64,000 nt of DNA. It comes from a virus. A program made the translations under genes and the position numbers. Positions within the stretch are counted from its first letter, which is position 1. Each line of letters begins with the position of its first letter. The stretch covers positions 10,273-74,272 of IMG/VR virus record IMGVR_UViG_3300009159_008629, one strand, 5' to 3'. The notes beneath the pieces were generated by a model. The model made no database searches. It was not told the DNA's origin and saw only the letters and a list, made by a program, of their open reading frames with translations. Positions 45,337-54,242 of the stretch are shown here, piece after piece.

Positions 45337-46165
45337 TGGCGACATAAAACTGTTTTACTCCGGAGGTGTCGGCAACAATGACCCGGACACCAGCCTCGGA
45401 GGCGATATATCGAACACGCCATTGACCAGCACGAGGATTTTCGACCTTGTGACTTCCACGCAGGCAGCAGCCGGCAGCATAGACTACAGGTGTATGTACT
45501 TCAACAACATAAATGAGGTTTCTTCCCTGTACGACTCCTTGGTCTACATAGAGAGCCAGACGGAGTTGGGGGCTGAAATCTCCATAGGGGCGGAGTCATT
45601 GGACGAAAGGCAGGACGTGTACGTCACGAAAGCCACGTCCGTATCCAGTGGCTCTTTCATCATGAGTCACTATGATTTCTTCACGGATTCCGACATTCAT
45701 TTCACCGTGGCAATGGATCCGAACATATCTGTATGGGCTTCCAATTTCCAGACCGCGATCAGATCGGTATCGGGATTGGAGACGGTAACGGTTAACGCCT
45801 CGTACTACGGGACGACGGCGCAGTTCAGCGTCCTGTTTGGAGGAGACGCTTCCGGGAAAAGATACTACGAGTCCATGAATCTCGTGAGCCTTTCGCAGTC
45901 GTTTATTGATGTCGGAAGTTCGCTGTCCGTCATCGATGTCTTCAAGGGTGCGCCGAAACTCAAGGTTGCCGAGGAGATAAACAGCGAGACGACGCTGCCC
46001 GCGAACATATCTTTCCTTTCGAACTCCTTGTCGTCGCCGATCAACGTGGGCGAGTTCAAGGCTGGGGAGTTTTTCGCAGTATGGGTGAGAAGAGTGGTCG
46101 CAGCCGGCACCGCCCCCATGGAGAACGACGGATTCAGGATCAGGATCAAGGGTGGCACCATATGA
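45323..46165 (+). CDS. Probable virion structural protein
   Basis: GG..N.DP..SLGG.IS, G.IDYRCMYF.N, AVWVRRVV pattern; Ser/Thr-rich. Confidence 0.6.
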   Translation: MALSDGDIKLFYSGGVGNNDPDTSLGGDISNTPLTSTRIFDLVTSTQAAAGSIDYRCMYFNNINEVSSLYDSLVYIESQTELGAEISIGAESLDERQDVYVTKATSVSSGSFIMSHYDFFTDSDIHFTVAMDPNISVWASNFQTAIRSVSGLETVTVNASYYGTTAQFSVLFGGDASGKRYYESMNLVSLSQSFIDVGSSLSVIDVFKGAPKLKVAEEINSETTLPANISFLSNSLSSPINVGEFKAGEFFAVWVRRVVAAGTAPMENDGFRIRIKGGTI

Positions 46166-46680
46166 TTCGCATATTTAGCTTGATGCTTGCGTTTTCCCTC
46201 ATGGCTGGAGAGCAGCACCAGCAATATTCTCCGACCGTGGCTGAATACGAAAGCAAGGTTGAGCAATCGAAGAAAATGACGATTGGCGTGTTTTCCCACA
46301 AGACATGGGAGAAAATAATCCTCAAGAGGAAGTCCGATGGGGCGGAGACTGCTTGGTCCGACCTGGACCAGCACGACAAGGACGTTTTCTGCTTCGTCGT
46401 AGGAAACAGGACGCTCAGTTCCCTGATGAAGCTGGAGGAGTTCTGGGTCGAGGAACTCAAGAAGTTCGAAAAACCGAACCACAAGCTGATCGGTTCATCC
46501 GATTCCAGACCAGCCGTCAGGTCTGAGGTCAACGCGTATCTGGATAGCATTGTTTCCACCAGAAAGTCTTTTGCCGCGGAATTCGAGATTTTCAGCAAAT
46601 ATTTTTTTTCTAGGTACGCAGATGAGCTTACCCGGGAAGACATCATGAGTTATAATAATAAGATATCAAACTCGAAATAG
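46162..46680 (+). CDS. Exported hypothetical protein
   Basis: Signal-like MIRIFSLMLAFSLMAG; ATGA coupling. Confidence 0.6.
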   Translation: MIRIFSLMLAFSLMAGEQHQQYSPTVAEYESKVEQSKKMTIGVFSHKTWEKIILKRKSDGAETAWSDLDQHDKDVFCFVVGNRTLSSLMKLEEFWVEELKKFEKPNHKLIGSSDSRPAVRSEVNAYLDSIVSTRKSFAAEFEIFSKYFFSRYADELTREDIMSYNNKISNSK

Positions 46681-46687
46681 GTCATTC

Positions 46688-47116
46688 ATGGAAAATTGTC
46701 CTCTGTCGAACCAGCCCTGCAGCAACTCGAAGAACCTCCAGTACACGTTTTCTCAGGAAGAGGATTTCGTTTCGCATAACATATGCCAGAACTGCCCTTA
46801 TTTCTTTATATTCAAGGATCTTCTTTTTTTGACCTGCGAACTTTGCGGCACATGTTACATGGAAATACAGAGGACGAAGAAATTCGGCTGCCCCAAGTGC
46901 TATGAGAAATTCAATGAGGTCGCGAAATCATTCTTTTCAATTTGCCAAACTTCGCTCACGCACACCGGCAAGAAGCCTGACATTCTAAATTCGCTCGACG
47001 TAATCCAGCTTGTTCAAAAGATGGACAAAGCCATATTTGCCGAGGACTACGAACTTGCCGACAGGTGCAAGAAGATAATCATTCAGAGAGCCATGAGTCA
47101 ATATCCGAAGGATTGA
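46688..47116 (+). CDS. mcsA: McsA-like protein (activator of the McsB arginine kinase): CxxC motifs plus UVR domain
   Basis: ICQNC, CELCG...FGCPKCYEKF, HTGKKP, AIFAEDYELA. Confidence 0.78.
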   Translation: MENCPLSNQPCSNSKNLQYTFSQEEDFVSHNICQNCPYFFIFKDLLFLTCELCGTCYMEIQRTKKFGCPKCYEKFNEVAKSFFSICQTSLTHTGKKPDILNSLDVIQLVQKMDKAIFAEDYELADRCKKIIIQRAMSQYPKD

Positions 47117-48020
47117 TGATACCGAATCCCTCGAAGAACTTGTCTTTGGCGAATTTGGGATTGCTCACCGGTATTGTGTTCTTCTTGAAGACCCTTCTGT
47201 AGTCGTCCGAACAACCAAGCTTTATCTTGTTGCCCTTGGACCTGTTGTATGAAAGAAGAAGCGCCGCTACCCCCACCGCAAACGGGTTCGCCATGGATGT
47301 GCCCGATAGTATCGCGTACCATGATTCCGGGACGGTGCTGAATATATCGTTCCCGGGAGCAAGGAAATCAAGGTCTTGACCGGTGCAGCTGAAGTTTGAC
47401 CTGTCCATGTCCTCGTCTATCGATCCTATGCCTATAGTTTCCGGATAGTTTGCCGGATAGAATATCTGTCTTGTCTTGCCCGCGTTCCCGGCTGCGCAGA
47501 AGGTTATTATCCCCTTCGACTCAGCCAGTTGTATCGCCTTCCTCACCTGCTGGACCGGGTTCGGAGATCCTAGGCTCAAGGTTATGAAGTCTACTCCCTG
47601 TTCGATAGCCCACCTGATTCCTTCTGAGACCGTGATGAGATCGCCGGATCCCTTGGAATCCAGGACTTTTATCGGAACCACCTTGGATTTCGGGGCTACC
47701 CCAACCATCCCTATTTCGTTGTTCATGGCGCATATTATCCCGGCGACATGCGTCCCGTGACCTGCATCGTCGTGTGGCGGCTTTTTCTTGTTCACGAAAT
47801 TCATGCCTGGAAGGAGGTTATCCTTCAGGTCCGGGTGGTCAAGGTCGACGCCGGTGTCTATCACGGCTATCTTGACCCCTTCGCCTTGGGTTTCCCCCCA
47901 AGCCTCTGGCAGGTTGAACGCCGTTATGCCCCATCCGTGCTTTTGCTTGGATGACTGTATGGAGACAACTTCCTTCCTTTTGAATGGAAGCAGGCTGCAT
48001 TTATTGTTTCCCTTCTTCAT
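47079..48020 (-). CDS. Subtilisin-like S8 serine protease without signal peptide
   Basis: Triad VIDTG / GHGTHVAG / SGTSMA; AAGN. Confidence 0.93.
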   Translation of the reverse strand: MKKGNNKCSLLPFKRKEVVSIQSSKQKHGWGITAFNLPEAWGETQGEGVKIAVIDTGVDLDHPDLKDNLLPGMNFVNKKKPPHDDAGHGTHVAGIICAMNNEIGMVGVAPKSKVVPIKVLDSKGSGDLITVSEGIRWAIEQGVDFITLSLGSPNPVQQVRKAIQLAESKGIITFCAAGNAGKTRQIFYPANYPETIGIGSIDEDMDRSNFSCTGQDLDFLAPGNDIFSTVPESWYAILSGTSMANPFAVGVAALLLSYNRSKGNKIKLGCSDDYRRVFKKNTIPVSNPKFAKDKFFEGFGIINPSDIDSWLSE

Positions 48021-48423
48021 TAGCCTCCATTTTCCAGTATCCGCTCCTGTATTTCTGAACCATGAAGTCGATCATTTGGCTGACAATGACGTCCACCACT
48101 ATTTTCTTGGCTATCCCGGAAAACGGCTTCATGACCATCGGAAGGTTCGCTATGATGATATAGTCGAACAGCTTTCCGCTGACAAGCATGACCGTCTCCT
48201 TCTTGTCCTTCCCTTCCGGTATCAATCCCTCGACGAACTGTATCATTTCATCTGTGGAGCTCAACAGAAACATCGTTCCCTTGACTATGATGTCCTTCGG
48301 AAGGCTTACCCATCCAGATGTTTGCGGTTTTTCCGCGTCCCACCTTTTTTTGAGGTCGGACAGGTAGTTTTCCACGTCAAGTATGATTTTCCTCACATCG
48401 TCTGTCGTAAGTTGCTTTTTCAT
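48001..48423 (-). CDS. Hypothetical amphipathic protein (holin-like GxxKK motif)
   Basis: QFVEGLIPEGKDKKETV; hydrophobic C-terminal helices; overlaps the S8 start. Confidence 0.55.
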   Translation of the reverse strand: MKKQLTTDDVRKIILDVENYLSDLKKRWDAEKPQTSGWVSLPKDIIVKGTMFLLSSTDEMIQFVEGLIPEGKDKKETVMLVSGKLFDYIIIANLPMVMKPFSGIAKKIVVDVIVSQMIDFMVQKYRSGYWKMEANEEGKQ

Positions 48424-48487
48424 TTTTTCTCCGTGATTGGACGAGATATATAGTTGCCTTCAAACTAATTTAATGGGGAGCAAAAAA

Positions 48488-49345
48488 ATGAACATTCTGG
48501 TAACTGGCGGCGCTGGCTTCGTTGGGAGCAACCTGGTCGACAAGCTTGTCGCGCGGGGCGACAAGGTATGCGTGGTGGACAACCTGTCCACCGGCAAATT
48601 GGAAAACATAAACAAAGATGCAATGTACGTCGAATTCGACATACGCGGCGAATGGTCGTCGATAAGCTTCGAGCCGGACTTGATATACCACATAGCCGCC
48701 CTCGCAAGGATACAGCCGAGTTTCGGCAGACCACACGAGACCATCAGCGCGAACTGCCAGGGCACCGTCAGGGTTCTCGACTACGCGGTCTCTAAAAGGT
48801 GCAGGATGGTTTACGCCGGATCTTCGTCATTCTATTTCGACCCGCACGCCAGCCCGTATTCGCACTCGAAATGGATAGGCGAGGAACACTGCAGGATGTA
48901 CAACAAGGTCTATGGGGTTTCCGTAGCCGTAGCGAGGTTCTTCAATGTCTACGGACCAAGGCATGTCAGGACGGGCTCCAACGCCAATGTTCTCGGAATA
49001 TTCGAAGACCAGAAGATTCGAAATGTTCCGCTCACGATAACCGGCAACGGCGAGCAGCTCAGGGACTTCACGCATGTGGACGACATATGCTCCGGTTTGA
49101 TGCTGATGGGCGACTCCCGCTGGAACGGCGAGGTTTTCAATCTCGGCAGAAGCCACAACTATTCCATCAACGAGGTCGCAGCCATGTTCGAGCCTGTCGG
49201 AATGGAATATTTGCCGGCAAGGGCTGGCGAGGCTAAGTCCACGCTGGCTGACATATCGTTCTCCAAGTCCAGGCTCCGGTGGGAGCCAAAGGTGAACCTC
49301 CCGGATTACGTTGGCTTTTTCCTGAAAAGCATAGGTGGAAAATGA
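48488..49345 (+). CDS. NAD-dependent nucleotide-sugar epimerase/dehydratase
   Basis: TGGAGFVGS, DNLSTG, PYSHSK, RFFNVYGP, RDFTHV. Confidence 0.9.
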   Translation: MNILVTGGAGFVGSNLVDKLVARGDKVCVVDNLSTGKLENINKDAMYVEFDIRGEWSSISFEPDLIYHIAALARIQPSFGRPHETISANCQGTVRVLDYAVSKRCRMVYAGSSSFYFDPHASPYSHSKWIGEEHCRMYNKVYGVSVAVARFFNVYGPRHVRTGSNANVLGIFEDQKIRNVPLTITGNGEQLRDFTHVDDICSGLMLMGDSRWNGEVFNLGRSHNYSINEVAAMFEPVGMEYLPARAGEAKSTLADISFSKSRLRWEPKVNLPDYVGFFLKSIGGK

Positions 49346-50178
49346 TGAAAAAAGTTGGCATTGTCGGCTACGGCTATGTCGGAAGGGCGATGCACAGGTT
49401 CTTCGGAAGCCATTACGACGTCCTCGTGAACGACATCAACGTGAGGGATGAGGACAAGGGGCTGGCGAACTTCGTTGGACCAGACGAGATAAACGGATGC
49501 GACCTTTCCCTCATCTGTGTGCCGACTCCGTCCAAGGAAGACGGAGGTTGCGATGTCTCAATGGTGGACGAGGTCGTGAGCTGGATCGACACGCCGCTCG
49601 TTATATTGAAGTCTACCGTCGAGATAGGAACCACGGACAGACTGTCCTTGGAAACCTCAAAACCGATAGTTTTCTCCCCGGAGTATTGCGGCGAATCAAG
49701 GTATTGGTCGCCTTACCTTTGGGACAGGGACGTGAAGGAAATGCCGTTCTTCATATTCGGGGGAAAGGGCGAGCACACCTCGATGGCTGTCGACTTCTAC
49801 GCCATGGTGGCTGGACCGGTCAAGAAATACGTCCAGACCACAGCCTCCGCGGCGGAGATGGCGAAGTACATGGAGAACAGCTTCTACGCCACCAAAATAC
49901 TTTTCTGCTATGAGATGGCTGAGATATGCGTCAAGGCTGGGATAGACTACAACTCCGTCAGGGAGCTTTGGCTCATGGACCCAAGGATCAACCCCATGCA
50001 CACTGCCGTTTTCAGCGCCAACGACATGCCTTTCTCCGGCAAGTGCTTGCCAAAGGACATAGAGGCTTTGAGACGGTATTCCGTCGACAAGCTCGGGTAC
50101 GACCCCGAGTTTCTTAAAGGCGTCATCGAGACCAACAATAAAATCGGCAACAACAGAAAAAAAAGGAAAACAAAATGA
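49342..50178 (+). CDS. ugd: UDP-glucose/GDP-mannose dehydrogenase family (lacks C-terminal UDP-binding domain)
   Basis: GYGYVG, ICVPTP, KST...GTT, SPE, AEMAKY..N, DPRI, GKCLPKD. Confidence 0.85.
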   Translation: MMKKVGIVGYGYVGRAMHRFFGSHYDVLVNDINVRDEDKGLANFVGPDEINGCDLSLICVPTPSKEDGGCDVSMVDEVVSWIDTPLVILKSTVEIGTTDRLSLETSKPIVFSPEYCGESRYWSPYLWDRDVKEMPFFIFGGKGEHTSMAVDFYAMVAGPVKKYVQTTASAAEMAKYMENSFYATKILFCYEMAEICVKAGIDYNSVRELWLMDPRINPMHTAVFSANDMPFSGKCLPKDIEALRRYSVDKLGYDPEFLKGVIETNNKIGNNRKKRKTK

Positions 50179-51122
50179 AAGTATTGCAGATAGTTCCAGC
50201 CGAGAATACGGCGATAACCACCCTGGCTGTAAACATAATGAACCACAACAAGGGAAAGTGCGACATCAAGATTCTGACATTTCACCCGAAAAAGCCTTCG
50301 GCTTCCGAGATCTCAATGCTCCGCAAGAGTTGGGGTTGGGCTGACTTGATCGACGTCCAGTATTGGAAATCCGGATCTAAGGTCAAGGAACTGTACAAAA
50401 ACCTGTGGATCACCAAACCAAAGGTTTTGACCCATCACAATCCATACAACCTCCACGAGGAAAAATGGGATGATTACAAGGAGGTGATTGTCGTCAACAA
50501 TTATCAGAAATCCGAGCTGCCGAAATCGAGGCTGGTGCCGTTGTGCGTAGACATGGACTTCTTCAATTTCGGTAGTTCATACGCAAACGACAAGAGCGTC
50601 AACATGGTGGTAAACAGGATAGAAGGAAACAAGGGAGTCTTGGAGGTCGCGATCGCTTGTCGAGAACTTGGCTATAAATTCAACTTGGTCGGAAGGATCT
50701 CAGATGGGACTTACATGAATGCCGTAACGAAAGAGGGTGGTCCGACACTTGATTTCAAGAACGGCGTTTCCGACCAAGCTGTAAGGCAGTCTTACTACGA
50801 TTCGTCCATCCATGTCTGCAATTCGAAAGACAACTTCGAGGCTGGAACTCTTCCGATGCTGGAGGCTATGGCTTGCGGGACTCCGGTCTTGAGCAGGTTG
50901 GTAGGTCATGTCCCGGACATCTACAACGGACACAACATATGCCTTAACAAGGCTGAGAAATCGGACAAGGAAAGCCTGAAAATACTTCTCAGCGAATTGA
51001 TGGAGGACGAAAGCCGCAGGCTGAAAATGAGAGAGATCGCCAGGGATTCGATAAAACACAGGACTTCGTCGTGGCGCGCCGAAGAATATCTGAGGATATA
51101 CAAGAGTCTAATCGGAAGATAG
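50175..51122 (+). CDS. GT4 glycosyltransferase
   Basis: RIEGNKG, EAGTLPMLEAMACGTPVL..VG. Confidence 0.85.
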   Translation: MKVLQIVPAENTAITTLAVNIMNHNKGKCDIKILTFHPKKPSASEISMLRKSWGWADLIDVQYWKSGSKVKELYKNLWITKPKVLTHHNPYNLHEEKWDDYKEVIVVNNYQKSELPKSRLVPLCVDMDFFNFGSSYANDKSVNMVVNRIEGNKGVLEVAIACRELGYKFNLVGRISDGTYMNAVTKEGGPTLDFKNGVSDQAVRQSYYDSSIHVCNSKDNFEAGTLPMLEAMACGTPVLSRLVGHVPDIYNGHNICLNKAEKSDKESLKILLSELMEDESRRLKMREIARDSIKHRTSSWRAEEYLRIYKSLIGR

Positions 51123-51776
51123 AGCCTTCAATGTCTTCAGAAGCGACCTGAGCTCCTTCCAGCCATTGGAGATATCGATCTCCCAGGAATGTCCGAATAG
51201 GTGGAATACGGAATCTGGCATGGACTTGGATTTTTCGACCATCATTTCCGCGAATTTACCCCATGGCAAACCGCCGTACTGAGACCTGTCGAAGCCGACA
51301 TGCACGGTGGTTGGGGTCTCGTATGGGTCCGAGCCGCCGTCCAGAGATCCAATTTCGGTAGACCTGGCGTTTTTGTAGCCGGCTTTCTCGACAAGTTTTT
51401 TCACCTCACCAGTGAACTTGCCGGAAGGGTAGGAGAACGAATCGACGTCTTGACCTGTCGTGTCCTGCCAAAACATCCTTGACCTTACGATTTCCCCGTT
51501 CACTTGCCTCATGGTTGAACAGGCGAAAGGGTATTTCTTGCATTCCTCGCCGGACTTCAGTATCGTGTGGTTGTAGCCATGCGAGCCAACATTGAAGAAG
51601 GCGGCGATCTCCTTGCAGTCGCTCATGGTAAGAAACTGCTTTACCCTGTCCAGGTTTTTTGACTTTTCCAGGGCGCACGGCCAGTAGAATGTGGCGTCGA
51701 CGCCCTCTTCGTAAAGCATATCGGCCAATCTTAGATCCTTGCGGCAACCATCGTCCCACGAAGTGAGCAGTTTCAT
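51108..51776 (-). CDS. Polysaccharide deacetylase (CE4/NodB)
   Basis: TSWDDG, ATFY, GSHGYNH, FSYPSG, FGHSWE. Confidence 0.88.
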   Translation of the reverse strand: MKLLTSWDDGCRKDLRLADMLYEEGVDATFYWPCALEKSKNLDRVKQFLTMSDCKEIAAFFNVGSHGYNHTILKSGEECKKYPFACSTMRQVNGEIVRSRMFWQDTTGQDVDSFSYPSGKFTGEVKKLVEKAGYKNARSTEIGSLDGGSDPYETPTTVHVGFDRSQYGGLPWGKFAEMMVEKSKSMPDSVFHLFGHSWEIDISNGWKELRSLLKTLKALSSD

Positions 51777-52639
51777 CGGAATGTCTCCTCGTATTTGACT
51801 GACATTTCTTCTATGGATATGGGTTTTTTCGAGAATTGCTCTATCACTTCCCTTGTGCCTCCGACCTCGTTGGACAACAGCACCTTGCAGCCGCAGGCTA
51901 TAGCCTCGCCAACGGTGTTCGGGGATGCATCCGCGAAAGCCGGGAAGTAAATATATTGGCATGAACGGTATATATCGCCCATCTCCTTTCTGCTTTCGAC
52001 CGGTGGCTTGTAGGAGATTTTTTCGCCGCTGAAAAAGTCGAAATTGTAAGCAACGAGTTCCTTGGTGAAGTTGCCGACGATTCTAAGGGAAGGCTTCGGT
52101 CTGCTCTCGGATACGGCGGACATGTGCCTGACATGGAAGTCATAGGCTGCCTCCGGAAACCTCTTGTTCTCATCCGTGTTGAACGTGGTGAACAAATAAG
52201 TCTCCCCTCTTTTCTCTGGTTTGTCGGAGTGGTTGAAGAACTTCGTGTCCACCCCGTTGTATATGACCACCGACTTGCCCATGTCGATTCCGATCGAGTC
52301 AAGATGCCCACCGACATACTCCCTAGCCCATAGGCTTTGGAACACTATGACATCAGCCCACGAAGCGTAGTCCTTCATCCTGCTGAATGACGTTCCCCTG
52401 TTCCTGCTGTCTTTCGGCATGTTGTCGATGCGCAGGACGATTTTCTTGCCGGCGGACTTGGCTTCTGAAACCTCGGCTCTTTCCACCATGGTGACGGATG
52501 GTATGAAGTACGTGCTGCAGGATTTACAGTTGGAAACGAAAGAAATGTTCTTGTTGGAAGCCCGCATCAGATTGTCTATGAAGACGAATCCCCCGCCTAG
52601 CTTCTGCTTGCTTTGGTTGGCAATGTATACTTTTTTCAA
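51773..52639 (-). CDS. GT4 glycosyltransferase
   Basis: VFQS, IYNGVD, DASPNTVGEAIACG...GGTRE. Confidence 0.85.
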   Translation of the reverse strand: MKKVYIANQSKQKLGGGFVFIDNLMRASNKNISFVSNCKSCSTYFIPSVTMVERAEVSEAKSAGKKIVLRIDNMPKDSRNRGTSFSRMKDYASWADVIVFQSLWAREYVGGHLDSIGIDMGKSVVIYNGVDTKFFNHSDKPEKRGETYLFTTFNTDENKRFPEAAYDFHVRHMSAVSESRPKPSLRIVGNFTKELVAYNFDFFSGEKISYKPPVESRKEMGDIYRSCQYIYFPAFADASPNTVGEAIACGCKVLLSNEVGGTREVIEQFSKKPISIEEMSVKYEETFR

Positions 52640-52643
52640 ATTT

Positions 52644-53297
52644 TCATCCCCATATCTTCCTCAGAAGTTTTTTCATTTCCTCTATGTGCGACGGCTTGTA
52701 GTCCCACCCGCTGCTCTTGCATACCTGCTTGGCTTTCGCCTCTGGGACATACAAGAACTTGAACCCTTGACTTTTGCACCTGTTGAATATCTCCCTTGTC
52801 ATGCCCCCGTATTTGTCTATTCGCTCAAGGAACATCCCGGCGTTCACGACGTTATCCCTCCTCACTACGGAGAAGTTCTCCACGAACGACTTTTTCTGCG
52901 CCCCCTTGTCGCCGAACGTCCAAAGCTTATCCTTGGTTTTCGCCACTGGAAACGCTAGTTTCTCGAGGGAGTTGTGATTGTCGGTCGTTATCCTGTCGTC
53001 CATGAAGGCGACCAGTTCAGTGTTGGACTCTATTATTCCCATGTTCCTGCATCTCGCCAGACCATAGTCCTTTTTGCCGTCAAGGTCGAACCTGGCGCAG
53101 TAGATGTACGAAGCGTTGAGGTCGACGAGGCTTTTCTTGAATCCATCATGCCCTTTCCTGTAATAGGATGAGTCGCTGTCGTCGCACACTATTATCTGCA
53201 GGTTTTCGTACTTTTGCTCTCTTAGGTTTTTAAGGTTCTGCAGGGCTACATCATACCTGTTGCATGTCGGCATTATGACCGTAAGGCTGTTTTTCAC
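52644..53297 (-). CDS. GT2 glycosyltransferase
   Basis: VIMPTCNR, IIVCDDS, GLARCRNMG, AFMDD; GTG start. Confidence 0.85.
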   Translation of the reverse strand: MKNSLTVIMPTCNRYDVALQNLKNLREQKYENLQIIVCDDSDSSYYRKGHDGFKKSLVDLNASYIYCARFDLDGKKDYGLARCRNMGIIESNTELVAFMDDRITTDNHNSLEKLAFPVAKTKDKLWTFGDKGAQKKSFVENFSVVRRDNVVNAGMFLERIDKYGGMTREIFNRCKSQGFKFLYVPEAKAKQVCKSSGWDYKPSHIEEMKKLLRKIWG

Positions 53298-54242
53298 TTA
53301 TGAACCCCCATGTATGCAATCGTCTATCATCATTTTATAGGATAGACCGACACTCTGTATAGATATTTTTTGTCTTAGGTTTTTCGCAAAATTATTCGTT
53401 TCTTCCCAGTATTTCTCGGAAAACCACATCTTCGTGTCATGAGGTTCCGCCAAAGTGAAGCCCCTCTTGCTGAAATACTCGAAACTGTAGCTTTCCTTGT
53501 TGGTGGCGAAAGGTATGGACGAAGAGACGTATTTCTGGGCTTTTGTTGGCGGCTTGAATTTCTGGCTGAAATGCTTTACGTACTTGACATCAATTGCAGC
53601 CTTTGACTCTGACATCATCTCAAACTGATTCCTCTCGGACCAATCGAAAAGCTTAAATCCGTTGACTGTTTTTTTTTCTTCGGATATATTCATTTTGATG
53701 CCAAGATTTTTGGATCTAAGTTTGGCTTCCGATACAGCCCTTTGGCTCGAGGAATCGCTGAGTATCCTCAACTCGAATGAGGCTGTCTTCTTGTTCATGA
53801 AATCTAACAGATATGGTATGTACTGGAATCCTCCGACCCAAAGCACAAAACCATCTTTCTTGTATCCCGAAGGATTTTCGAGAGTGTATTTCCCGTTATG
53901 CTCAACATAAGAGACTTTCTTGTTTGTCTGAAGCATTATCGGAATGAGCCTTTCGCAATGAACGCCAATGTGACCGCAAGACGACAGTAACTCACGATCT
54001 TTTCTTATATCCTCCATGCTCTGGTAATGGTCTATGGGGCAATACACCACCTTTCTCTTATCCGCGAATGCCCTAGCCTGCGTTGGATGCTTCACGAGAA
54101 GAACGCAATCGCATTCTGGTATTTTCTCATGCTTTTGGAAAGTCAATATGTTGTAATCTTTCGAAAGAAACCTTGATGCGTCGAAACCGACCCAGTTCCA
54201 CGACGGAGAATTCATCTCTGGTCCTATGGCTACGGTCTTCAT
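53298..54242 (-). CDS. Divergent GT-B-like protein
   Basis: Inside the GT operon; YCPIDHY, VLWVG, FKPPTKAQKYVSSSIP resembles the GT-B donor-binding segment. Confidence 0.5.
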   Translation of the reverse strand: MKTVAIGPEMNSPSWNWVGFDASRFLSKDYNILTFQKHEKIPECDCVLLVKHPTQARAFADKRKVVYCPIDHYQSMEDIRKDRELLSSCGHIGVHCERLIPIMLQTNKKVSYVEHNGKYTLENPSGYKKDGFVLWVGGFQYIPYLLDFMNKKTASFELRILSDSSSQRAVSEAKLRSKNLGIKMNISEEKKTVNGFKLFDWSERNQFEMMSESKAAIDVKYVKHFSQKFKPPTKAQKYVSSSIPFATNKESYSFEYFSKRGFTLAEPHDTKMWFSEKYWEETNNFAKNLRQKISIQSVGLSYKMMIDDCIHGGS

